The translations under genes were made by a program, and so were the position numbers. Positions 1 through 9,100 of a DNA stretch of 64,000 nucleotides are shown one piece after another. Every line of letters begins with the position of its first letter. Position 1 is the stretch's first letter. The notes below the pieces were generated by a model. The model had not been told where the DNA came from. It saw only the letters and a program-made list of their open reading frames with translations, and ran no database searches. Source of the DNA: Polyangiales bacterium (lineage in GTDB: Bacteria; Myxococcota_A; Polyangia; Polyangiales; Houyiibacteriaceae); assembly GCA_045106895.1 (NCBI GenBank), contig JBGCFM010000081.1, positions 1-64,000 on the forward strand, read 5' to 3'.

Positions 1-431
1 CGTGTCGCCTCGAAGCCGTCATGGATACCGTCCCCGCTGACGAGATAGCTGCTCGGAATCGGCGAGAGCCCCCCGTCGCTGTACGCGAGGGTCTCTTTGC
101 CCTCCGCGTGGGCTTCGGTGAAGAACTCGGTGGTGCGGAGCGCCAACGTGGCGGGCCCAGCGTGGTTCGCGAGGAGTGCCCCAAGGCTTGGCGAAGCCGC
201 GGACAACGCCTCCACAACGAGCACGAGGGCAAGTGCGTCCAGGTCCGCGCCGCCCTTCTCTTCCGGAGCCATCAAGCCGAAGAGCCCAAGCTCGCCAGCG
301 GCAAGCACGAGCGCCTCGGGGATCTCTTCCTTCGCGTCGATATGCTCGGCGTGCGGCAGCACTTCTTGCTGGGCGAAACGGACGGCCTCGTCGCGAAGGC
401 TCTGATGAAGTTCGGGGAGTCGAAGATCCAT
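1..431 (-). CDS. Acyl-CoA dehydrogenase family protein, N-terminal part (runs off window edge)
   Basis: Not in ORF track. Manual translation from ATG at 431 gives MDLRLPELHQSLRDEAVRFAQQEVLPHAEHIDAKEEIPEALVLAAGELGLFGLMAPEEKGGADLD, the typical ACAD N-terminal domain. Confidence 0.8.
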   Translation of the reverse strand, partial: MDLRLPELHQSLRDEAVRFAQQEVLPHAEHIDAKEEIPEALVLAAGELGLFGLMAPEEKGGADLDALALVLVVEALSAASPSLGALLANHAGPATLALRTTEFFTEAHAEGKETLAYSDGGLSPIPSSYLVSGDGIHDGFEAT

Positions 432-456
432 GCGCCAGTCCTACTTTAGTTCGCGC

Positions 457-1260
457 CTACTCACCAGTCTCGCTTGTCTCGGCGGCGGGTGTGGCGGCGC
501 GTTCAAACGCGGTGCCTCGGAAACGCTGCTCGGGCCCCGGCGGCGCATAAACCTGGTAGGCGCGAAGAGGCTGCGTTCCTGCTTCATATCCATGAAGCGT
601 ATTGGCGGGGATGTAGACTACTTCGCCTGGGGCCACGGTCGTGCGTTCGTCGCCGACGAGCAGCGTTCCATCGCCACTTTCGATGAGGAGCACCTCCGCC
701 GAGCCTTCGTGAGTGTGCTCCGGAACGGACAGGTCCGCGTCACCGTCGAGAATCGCAAAACTGCCGAAGGTCGCGCCGCTTTGAGCGTCGAGGAGAATGT
801 GGACACGGAGCTTTCCGCCGGCGTTCCTCAGAGCGTCGCCGAGGTGGGTCACCGCGTCGTCCGTCGGAACGCAACGACTTCGGTCTTCCGGAGAACTGAC
901 GGCGACGACGACGCGGCTCGGCTCCTCGGCGACCAAGGTGATCAAATCTTGCGTGCGCAAGAGCGTCCCGGCCTCCCGCGTAGCGCCTCCGTCGCGAAGC
1001 CGCCCCGTGGCCACATAGGCGACAACCTGCTCACACGGCGCGCCTTCGAGTTCGAGGGTCTCCCCTTCCGCTAACTGACGGGCGCCTAGGCGAACGAGGG
1101 GACCGCCTTCGTCGGGGACCCAAGGCCCTGTGTTTTGAGGCACCTCCGCATCACGATCAGCGAAACTCTCCTCTTGATCGATGGGAGGAATCTCCACGAT
1201 GGGCGTGCCACCACCGCAGCCACACAACCAAAGAGCTACCCACAGCATCCCGCGCTTCAT
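457..1260 (-). CDS. Cupin-domain lipoprotein
   Basis: MKRGMLWVALWLCGC lipoprotein-like signal; cupin motifs PEHTHEGSAEVL and GEVVYIPANTLHGY. Alternative start at 1278. Confidence 0.75.
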   Translation of the reverse strand: MKRGMLWVALWLCGCGGGTPIVEIPPIDQEESFADRDAEVPQNTGPWVPDEGGPLVRLGARQLAEGETLELEGAPCEQVVAYVATGRLRDGGATREAGTLLRTQDLITLVAEEPSRVVVAVSSPEDRSRCVPTDDAVTHLGDALRNAGGKLRVHILLDAQSGATFGSFAILDGDADLSVPEHTHEGSAEVLLIESGDGTLLVGDERTTVAPGEVVYIPANTLHGYEAGTQPLRAYQVYAPPGPEQRFRGTAFERAATPAAETSETGE

Positions 1261-1297
1261 GGTCGGAGCATGACCCAAAAGACCGACGAGGACGACC

Positions 1298-2356
1298 CTA
1301 GGTGGTCGAGCCGCCGCAGCTCGACCCTGCGCCGGCGGTACAACCGAAACAGTGGCGGCCGACGGCGATTTCGCGCGCCTGCATCGCGGCGGCGTCGAAG
1401 TCGCGAACGTGGGTCACGGGGCCCTTCACGGGCATCTCGAGCATCTGATTGAAATCACAGTCATAGAGATGGCCCTCCCAGCTCACACTCAGGAGGTTGC
1501 GGCACATCACGCCCGCCGCCGCCGCCGGGTTGTACGCTTTGACCAGCGTCTCCAGGTAGCTCTCCAGGTTGTCCGTCTCGACGAGCCACTCCAGGTAGCG
1601 CGAGATCGGCATATTCGTGATGGTGAAGAGCGAGTCGAAGACGATGTCGTAGCGCGCTTTCAACTCACGCGTCCACTCGGCCTCAAGGGCCATCTGGTCA
1701 CCCGGCAAGAACGCGCCGACGGGGTTGGTGACGAGGACAAGCTTGAGGCCGCTGGACCCGTTGCCGTAGCCGAGCGCGTTCAGACGCTGCAGTCCCCGAA
1801 TGCTCTTCGCGAAGACTCCCTCGCCACGCTGACGGTCGGTCTGAAAGGCGCGGTACTGTGGCAGGGAGCAGACCACTTCGACTTGATTCGCGGCGAAGAA
1901 CTCCGGCAGGTCTCGGTGTGCGCCGGTCTCCATGATCGTGAGGTTGCAGCGGTCGATGACATGGCGGCCTCGCGCTCTGCACTCTTCGACGAACCACCGG
2001 AAGTTCGGGTTCAGCTCTGGTGCGCCCCCCGTGATGTCCACGGTGGAGATGTCCGACTCGTCCAAAACGCGCAGGCAATGCGCGAAGGTCTCGCGGCTCA
2101 TGGCCTCGCGCCGATCCGGGCCGGCGTCCACATGACAGTGTCGGCAGGTCTGGTTACACAACTTCCCCACGTTGATCTGGAGCGTGTCGATCTTGGTCGG
2201 CCGCAGCGGCCAAAGGCCGGCGTCCGCGAGAGCATCCTCGAACTCCGTGGCGATGGGCAATCGGCGCAACATCGCGCGCTGGTGCTCCGGCGAAGCCAGG
2301 GGGTCGCGCCGCGCGCTCAGAGTCACGAGCTTCTTGGGGGTCGAAATCGCCTCCAT
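1298..2356 (-). CDS. arsS: Radical SAM/Cys-rich protein, ArsS (arsenosugar biosynthesis)-like family
   Basis: CNQTCRHC radical SAM motif, DITGGAPE, YDCDFNQ and C-terminal HCFGCTAGAGSSCGG typical of this family. Confidence 0.8.
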   Translation of the reverse strand: MEAISTPKKLVTLSARRDPLASPEHQRAMLRRLPIATEFEDALADAGLWPLRPTKIDTLQINVGKLCNQTCRHCHVDAGPDRREAMSRETFAHCLRVLDESDISTVDITGGAPELNPNFRWFVEECRARGRHVIDRCNLTIMETGAHRDLPEFFAANQVEVVCSLPQYRAFQTDRQRGEGVFAKSIRGLQRLNALGYGNGSSGLKLVLVTNPVGAFLPGDQMALEAEWTRELKARYDIVFDSLFTITNMPISRYLEWLVETDNLESYLETLVKAYNPAAAAGVMCRNLLSVSWEGHLYDCDFNQMLEMPVKGPVTHVRDFDAAAMQAREIAVGRHCFGCTAGAGSSCGGSTT

Positions 2357-2694
2357 TACATCGAGATCTTTTTGACGTGCTCGCGCATCTGGACGCCGTG
2401 AACAAGGGACGCCCCTCCACGAATCGCCGCCGCCACGTGAACCGCCTCGGTCATCTGCTCAAGGTCCGAACCCTTTTTTAGGCAATCCTTGGAGTACGCG
2501 TCGATGCAGTAGGGGCACTGGATAGCGTGGGAAACCGCCAGCGCGATGAGGGCTTTCTCGCGTCCGCTCAACGCGCCCTCCTCAAAGACGGCGCCGTACC
2601 ACTCGAAGAACTTCTCGGACAAGTCGCTTCGCACCTCGCCGATTTCGCCGAACTTCCCGAGGTCTTTGGCGTGATAGTAGTGGTCGTGGCTCAT
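2356..2694 (-). CDS. AhpD/carboxymuconolactone decarboxylase-like peroxidase associated with ArsS-type radical SAM
   Basis: LSGREKALIALAVSHAIQCPYCIDAY (CxxC) motif; TAATG overlap with the radical SAM gene. Confidence 0.8.
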   Translation of the reverse strand: MSHDHYYHAKDLGKFGEIGEVRSDLSEKFFEWYGAVFEEGALSGREKALIALAVSHAIQCPYCIDAYSKDCLKKGSDLEQMTEAVHVAAAIRGGASLVHGVQMREHVKKISM

Positions 2695-2757
2695 GGGTCG
2701 CTTTCCTGGTGCTCATACTCTGAGAGCACGGCTGCGTTAGTGCAGTGGGCGTCTTTT

Positions 2758-3717
2758 TTACGCCAAGCGACGTAGCACTTCTTCTGGGCCCAAGCTCTGG
2801 AGCTTGTCAAGACGCTGCACAAAGCGCTGATAGTCCTTGATGAGTGATCCACTCCGCTCAAGCGCTTCGCGGCGGAGGTGAAAGTCCGTGATGCGCGTCA
2901 ACGCAAAGCGGGCGGACATCGACATCGCGTACTGAAAGAACGCGCGCTTCTCACCAGAACTAAGAGGCCGCTCCAACTCGTACCCTCCAACGAGTGCGCG
3001 ACCGAGTGCCCAGTCGAGTTCATCCCCCATGCACCAGCTCAAGAAGACCACGGCGAGATCGGCCACGAACGCGCCTTCGGCGGCGCTTTCCCAATCCAGG
3101 AGCGCGCTGAGCGTCTCGTCTTCGTTCCAAAGCACGTTGTCGCGAAATAGGTCCCCGTGAATCGGCCCACGCGGAACGTTCGATGGGACAGGTTCGCAAA
3201 GCTGGGCACGGATTCGGCGGAGTAGTGCCGCCGAAACGCCGGCTTTTCCGGGGTCGAGGGCGTCGAGGCGAGGCAAGAGTGACGTTGGCCGAAAGCGACT
3301 CTCACGGCGCCAACCAAAACCCGAGGTCGCGAGGTGCGCCCGCCCGAGAGCGCCACCCAGCGCTTCCAGGTGCGAGGGCTGGACGCTCTTTTGGCAGCGC
3401 ATATCCCCCGCGACGCGTTCGAAGACCGCCACGCTCCGTCCGGCGACACGAAGCTCGCCTGGGCCAGGCCCCTCCACGCGCCTTGGCATGGGGACGCCCC
3501 CGGTCGAGAGCTGTTCCAAGAGCGCCCACTCGTACGCCACGCCGGAGGCATCCTGCTCTTCATAGAGACGAACGAAGAACGATTCGCTCCCGGTCACGAA
3601 GTAGTTGGAGTTAACCGAGCCTGCGGCGATGGGGGCCACCGCCGTGGGTGAGCCGAGGCCGTGCGCGACGAAGATGCGCTCGGCATCCTCTAGCGAGAGC
3701 GGCGTAAAAGCGGCCAT
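2758..3717 (-). CDS. thrB: Homoserine kinase type II (APH/phosphotransferase fold)
   Basis: MAAFTPLS start, GSVNSNY, IHGDLFRDNVL, LLDW. ATG at 3717 overlaps the stop of the upstream ORF (TAATG). Confidence 0.75.
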   Translation of the reverse strand: MAAFTPLSLEDAERIFVAHGLGSPTAVAPIAAGSVNSNYFVTGSESFFVRLYEEQDASGVAYEWALLEQLSTGGVPMPRRVEGPGPGELRVAGRSVAVFERVAGDMRCQKSVQPSHLEALGGALGRAHLATSGFGWRRESRFRPTSLLPRLDALDPGKAGVSAALLRRIRAQLCEPVPSNVPRGPIHGDLFRDNVLWNEDETLSALLDWESAAEGAFVADLAVVFLSWCMGDELDWALGRALVGGYELERPLSSGEKRAFFQYAMSMSARFALTRITDFHLRREALERSGSLIKDYQRFVQRLDKLQSLGPEEVLRRLA

Positions 3718-4211
3718 TAGTCGAAGAAGCCCGCGAAACGGCTCGCGGCTTTGGGCAAGTCTCGCCGGTGCGCCCACATTCGCCGAGCTGCCTCGTCCCG
3801 AAGGTCCGACTTTGACGCCTCAAAACGCAGATTGGATGGAGGCTGTGGATGGTAGGCCACCCCAGACTCACGCACGCTGAGGGCGTCGCCCTTCCCGTGC
3901 ACAAGCCACAGGGTCTCGCCTTGGACACAGGCACGCGGTGCCCGAAGTAGAGCGGCCTGAAGGGAGGTGGCGACTTGAAGATCGTCTTCCGAAGCGAGCC
4001 AACACAGCGCCGCTTCGTGGGCTCCGCTCATCGAAGGAATGTCTCGTCCGAAGACGACGGCAAACTGACGCCGCTCAGCCACGGAGAGGCAAAGAACCCC
4101 TTCGACGAAGCCAGACGCGTCTTCGACAAGGCGCCGAAACCCCTCCCCGCGGACCCCTCGATCGCCGCGGGCTGGTCCGGGTCGGTCAAAGGTGTCGTTC
4201 CAGAGCGCCAT
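3717..4211 (-). CDS. Hypothetical protein
   Basis: 164-aa ORF translationally coupled to thrB; no recognisable motif. Confidence 0.5.
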   Translation of the reverse strand: MALWNDTFDRPGPARGDRGVRGEGFRRLVEDASGFVEGVLCLSVAERRQFAVVFGRDIPSMSGAHEAALCWLASEDDLQVATSLQAALLRAPRACVQGETLWLVHGKGDALSVRESGVAYHPQPPSNLRFEASKSDLRDEAARRMWAHRRDLPKAASRFAGFFD

Positions 4212-4331
4212 TCAGGACCAAGTGCCACGGGCCGCTCGTGGAATCCACGTTTGCCGACCATTTGGGAGCGGTCCTTGACGTTGCTAGGCGCGCCTTAGTA
4301 TCTCTGGCGGGCCTGGGGGAAACTGTCGCAA

Positions 4332-4997
4332 ATGCCTGCAAACACGGATGAAGAGTTCGTCGCCGAGTATCGGCCTTTGGTGATCAGCATCGCCAACAAG
4401 GTTCGCGCTCAGTTCGATCTCCGAGGCGATCTCGACGATCTCCTGGCGTCGGGTTTCGAAGGCCTGCTCCAAGCGAAAGGTCGCTACGACGCCTCACGCG
4501 GGGTCCAGTTTAACACCTTCGCGTACTACCGAATTCGTGGCGCGATGATCGACCACATTCGCAAGAGCACCTTCTTCTCGCGCCGGGCGTACCAGAAGAT
4601 GAAGGCAGCCGAGGCGGCGCTTCAGGTCGGCGAGGACGTCGGGGAAGAAAGGGCCGCCAACCCCAAAGCGCGCCAAGACCTCGATCAGACCACTGAACAG
4701 CTTCACCACACGCTGGCGAAGATGACCGCCTCCTTTGTGATGGCCTCCGTGGGTCAGAAACAAGAAGGCGAAGGGGACACCCCTGAGGACGAGCTTCTGA
4801 AAGAGGAAGCCAAAGAGCGGCTACGCGGCGCTCTGTCCGTTCTGCCGGAGCGCGAGCTTCTCCTCATTCAGGGGTTCTACTTTCAAGGGCGCCAGTTCGA
4901 CGAGGTGGCGGCGGAGCTCGGCATTTCGAAAAGCTGGGGTTCGCGCCTCCACTACAAAGCTCTCTCTCGGCTGCGCGCGGCGCTTCAGAAAAGCTGA
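4332..4997 (+). CDS. RNA polymerase sigma factor, FliA/WhiG (sigma28) family
   Basis: Region 2 DDLLASGFEGLLQAKGRYDASRGVQFNTFAYYRIRGAMIDHIR; region 4 LPERELLLIQGFYF...EVAAELGISKSWGSRLH. Confidence 0.9.
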   Translation: MPANTDEEFVAEYRPLVISIANKVRAQFDLRGDLDDLLASGFEGLLQAKGRYDASRGVQFNTFAYYRIRGAMIDHIRKSTFFSRRAYQKMKAAEAALQVGEDVGEERAANPKARQDLDQTTEQLHHTLAKMTASFVMASVGQKQEGEGDTPEDELLKEEAKERLRGALSVLPERELLLIQGFYFQGRQFDEVAAELGISKSWGSRLHYKALSRLRAALQKS

Positions 4998-5033
4998 CGC
5001 GCAACCAAGCAGGCGAGCGGACGAGTCGGCGCC

Positions 5034-5372
5034 ATGACCGACCGTATTTCTCCGTCCATTCTTCCCCGGGCCAGCCGGCATGTTGATTCGCCTTCTGCGC
5101 CACAACGCAGCGCCCGTCCTCCCCGCGTGCAGGAGTCAGCCCCCACCACCTCCTTCGCCGATGCCCTTCGCGGTGCCGCGAGCTCTCTGAGCGAAGGACA
5201 GACGCGTATCGACCGAGCCATTCGCCGTGGCTCGCGCGGAGAGACGGACCCTGCCCAGCTCTTGGCGCTCCAGGCTGGAGTCTATCGCTACACCCAGGAA
5301 CTGGAGCTCGCTTCAAAGCTCGTGGACAAGGCGACCGGCGCCCTCAAGCAGACACTCCAGTCTCAACAGTAA
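5034..5372 (+). CDS. Small protein resembling T3SS inner rod (EscI/YscI/HrpB family)
   Basis: Pro/Ser-rich N-terminus; C-terminal DPAQLLALQAGVYRYTQELELASKLVDKATGALKQTLQSQQ resembles the inner-rod C-terminal helix. Confidence 0.6.
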   Translation: MTDRISPSILPRASRHVDSPSAPQRSARPPRVQESAPTTSFADALRGAASSLSEGQTRIDRAIRRGSRGETDPAQLLALQAGVYRYTQELELASKLVDKATGALKQTLQSQQ

Positions 5373-5373
5373 A

Positions 5374-5407
5374 CTCAGGGACAGAGGTTCCTCAGGGACA
5401 GAGGTTC
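5374..5407. repeat. Perfect 17-bp tandem duplication (CTCAGGGACAGAGGTTC x2)
   Basis: Copies at 5374-5390 and 5391-5407; duplicates the last codons and stop of the minus-strand TPR gene. Confidence 0.9.
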
Positions 5408-6078
5408 CGCAGCAACTCGGATTCCGCCTGAACATCGTCCTCGATGCAGGCTCCATCGAGGGGTCGAGCCAAGATGCTCAGGGCGCGCACCCGCAAGACC
5501 AGCTCTTCGCGCTCAGGCGCGTCCGCCGGTGCCAAGTCCAGCAAGCGTCGCGAAGAGCGCAACGCCTCCGTCCACGCGCCCAGCTCTTGGCTGAGCGCGA
5601 GGTGGAGTCGGAGCGCCCGAACGTGACCCGGCGCATGACTCACCACCTGACGAAGAGTGAGCAACGCCGCGCTCAGCTCGCCCACGGCTTGCTGGTGAAT
5701 CGCAAGCTCGAGCCGCAGCGCCACGGAACGCGAACGACGGTGAAGCCCGACTTGAATCGCCTCGTGTGCGTCGCCGTGTCGACCCGCCTCGCGGTAAAGC
5801 CGCGCCAGCCCGATGTAGGCGTCCACGGTCCGCGGGTCGATCTGTACCGCCTCGCGGAAGCTCCCGAGCGCACTCGCGCGGTTTCCGCCGCGCGCCAACG
5901 CCTGCCCCCGGCGCACGAGTCGTTCGGCTCGCTCGGCCCTCAAGCTCGCCACGTCTTGGGCGCCCGCCAAAGACGGGCCGCCGACGCAAAGCGTGCCCAG
6001 AATCGCTAAGACCAAGATCAAAACCCGCTTTTCGGGCCCATGAACGGGCTCTTGGGGGCCAGACCTTGCGTTCGCCAT
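5392..6078 (-). CDS. Secreted TPR protein
   Basis: Hydrophobic signal-like segment (LAGA-QD) followed by TPR-like repeats (FREAVQIDPRTVDAYIGLARLY). Confidence 0.7.
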   Translation of the reverse strand: MANARSGPQEPVHGPEKRVLILVLAILGTLCVGGPSLAGAQDVASLRAERAERLVRRGQALARGGNRASALGSFREAVQIDPRTVDAYIGLARLYREAGRHGDAHEAIQVGLHRRSRSVALRLELAIHQQAVGELSAALLTLRQVVSHAPGHVRALRLHLALSQELGAWTEALRSSRRLLDLAPADAPEREELVLRVRALSILARPLDGACIEDDVQAESELLRNLCP

Positions 6079-6143
6079 GCCTGGAGTGTAGTCCGCCGCA
6101 CGGGTTCGGGCGATGTTCGTCCGGCGTTTGCCGCGGAGTTTCT

Positions 6144-9100
6144 GTGCGATTCGCTGCCTTTTTGGCCTTTTTCTTATCGGGTGCGTCCAGCCTCATCTTC
6201 CAGAGCATCTGGGGGCGGATGCTCGCGAAGGTGTTTGGAGCGAGCAGCATCGCCATCAGCACCGTCGTCACCATCTTCATGGCTGGCCTCGGAATCGGTG
6301 CGTTCGTCGCCGGCAAGTACGCCGACAAGATCAAAAACCCGCTGCTGACCTACGGCATCATCGAAGGCGTCGTCGGCGTCTGGGCGCTCCTCGTGCCTTT
6401 CCTCGTGAACCCCGAAGGCTGGCTCGCTGGAGTAAACGCGTACCTGCGCGTGGAACTCGGCAGCGGTTCCATGGGTTTCATGATCGCGCGCTTTTTCTGC
6501 GTGCTCCCGATCCTCTTGGTCCCGACGACGATGATGGGCGCCAGCCTCCCACTCCTCTCGCGCTACTTCGTCAGTCGAAGTGAAGGCCGCGAAGACGTCG
6601 GCTCCTGGGTCGGCGCGCTCTACTCGATCAACACCTTCGGCGCCGTCGCCGGCGTACTCCTCGGCTCGTTCCTGCTCATGCCGAACATTGGCGTCAGCCT
6701 CACCAACACCGTCGCCGCGTGCATGAACTTCGCGTTGGCTGGAATGATCTTCGCCCTGCGCAAGCAAATCGCGGCGCAGTTCGAATCGCCAGTCTCCGAG
6801 TTGGAGGAAAGCAGCGAAGAGTCCGAGAGTGTATCCGAGGACGAAGCCGAGGACGCGAAGAAGTCTGACACCGACGCCAAGAAGGCGAAGGGAAAGAAGG
6901 GCAAGAAGTCGAAGGGCAAGGCGAAGAAACCCGCCGAAGAGAAGTCGGAAGACGAACCCCTAGGTCCCGTTCTCCCCGCGGTGGCGCTCCCTATTTCGGC
7001 CTCCGCACGCTACTTCGCATTCGTCGCCTTCGCTGTCAGCGGTCTCGCTTCGCTTTGCTACGAGGTCGTCTGGTCGCGTTCCTTGGCCATGACCATCGGG
7101 TCTTCGTTCCAGGCCTTCGCCGTCATCCTTACGACTTTCCTCATCGGAATCGCCGCCGGCAGCGCCATCGCTAGCGCCATCCTCGCAGGACGTAAGCTCC
7201 TCGCCTCCGCCAGCGTCGCCTCGATCCTCCTCTTGGCTTTCACGCTGAGCCCTTGGGCTGTCAGCGACGACCTCGGCACCTACGCTTTGATGCTCGCGGC
7301 GTTCTCCGCGCCCGTCATCATCATCCTTCTCGCGGCGATGTCTCAGACGAAACGCCCAGGTGCGCCACCTCCGACAGGCGCCGCGCTTCTCATGCTCCTC
7401 GCGCCCGTCGCGGCTGCGCTCATCGACGCCGTCGTCTACGAATCGGACCGCCTCTCGATGATCACGGGCTCCGTCGCCATCGCCCTCGCCATCTTCTTCG
7501 CGCTTCTGATCTCGCTGCGTCGATACCCGGTTCTTCAGCTGGCGATCATGCCGCTCTTTATCGCCGGCGCAGCCTTCGTGAACTACCTCTTCCAGGACGA
7601 AATTCCGTGCGCCTTCGCGCAACTCGTCTCGAGCCTCGACGACCTCCCGCAGCACGTCGGCACCGTTCAGTTCTTCATGTTCCTCACGACCATGATGTGC
7701 ACCCTCCCCGCGACGGTCGGCATGGGCGCGATGTTCCCGCTGGTCTTGCGCATTTGGACAAGCGGCGGCGACAATGTCGGCCGCGACGTCGGCAACGTCT
7801 ACGCAGGCAACACCCTCGGCTCCATCTTTGGCGCTTGGCTCCCCGGCTTCGTTCTCATGCAGGTCTACGGCATGCAGAAGACCATCATCATCGGCATGAT
7901 CGTGTACTTGCTGCTCAGCTTGGCGCTGCTGGTGGCGAGCGCCGCTGAGGCCGAGAAAGCAGAAGCCGATGCGGAGCCGGGGCCCGAGGCTTCCGACGAA
8001 GAACGGGAACGCTACAAACGACGTATCCAGAAGCGCCAGCGAACGGAAGACGGCGCGTCCGTTGGGAGCACAGTTGGCAAAATCGCTGGAAGACTTGGAG
8101 ACGTTGGTGGCCTCGGGACCGTCGGCGCTATCGCCGGAGCAGTCGTGGGCTCGCTGGGGGATGAGGACGACGACGACGACGACTCAGCGCCCGCTTGGTA
8201 CGCCGTCACCATCTACATCCTCGCGCCGCTGATCCCCGCGCTTATCGCAGGCCTCTATTGGGGCGGCTGGCGCGACGAAGGCGCCTTCCGCTGGAACCTC
8301 TCGCAGATGACCCTCGGCGTGTTCCGTGTGTCCCTCGCTGCCGATGCATGCGGCCCTTCTTGGGGCGAACCGGACCTCGTGTACTACCACGATGGCCTGA
8401 GCACCACGGTCTCCGTCGAGCGCTGGGGACGGCACTACGCGCTCAAGAACAACGGCAAGGTCGACGCCTCCAACGGCGACGACATGCCCACGCAGATCAT
8501 GGTCGGCGCCTACCCGCTCCTCATGCACCGCGACGGGCCCGAAGACTTGGATGTCGCTGTCATCGGCTTTGGATCCGGCGTCACCGTCGGCTCGGTCTTG
8601 AAGTTCCCCGTCGCCTCCGTCGACGTCATCGAACTCGAGCGCTCCATCCCGGATGCGTCCAAGTACTTCCAAGACGTCAACGGCCTCGACTACAACCTCA
8701 GCGAGTTCCCCTACGTAGAGATGGACCGGCTGTCGATTATCAACGACGACGGCCGAAACTACCTATCCAGCACGGATAGGATGTTTGACGTCATCGTCAG
8801 TGAGCCGAGTAACCCGTGGATCACCGGCGTCAGCGACCTCTTCACGACGGACCATTTCCGCATCACGAAGCAGCGCCTGCGCGAAGGCGGCATCTACTGC
8901 CAGTGGGTGCAGCTCTACGAGCTCAGCCCTGAAAACATCAAGACCATCTATCGCACCTTCGCGGAGAGCTTCGAGCATGTCGTCGTGTTCTCGGCTGAGG
9001 ACCTCTCGAGTGACACCGTGCTTCTCGGAAGCGACTCGCCCATCGACCTGAACATCGAGCACCTCCAAGAGGTCTATGGTCTCCCTGGCGTTCCCGAAGA

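Noticed and set aside
1298..1330. Possible selenocysteine in the ArsS-type C-terminus
   Set aside because: The codon is TGC (Cys) in GSSCGG; no in-frame UGA.
4275..4304. sigma70 promoter before the FliA-type sigma (TTGACG...)
   Set aside because: No convincing -10 at 16-18 nt spacing.
5766..6143. ORF-track N-terminal extension of the spermidine-synthase-like protein
   Set aside because: Arg/Pro-rich junk overlapping the divergent TPR gene; family-like sequence starts at GTG 6144.
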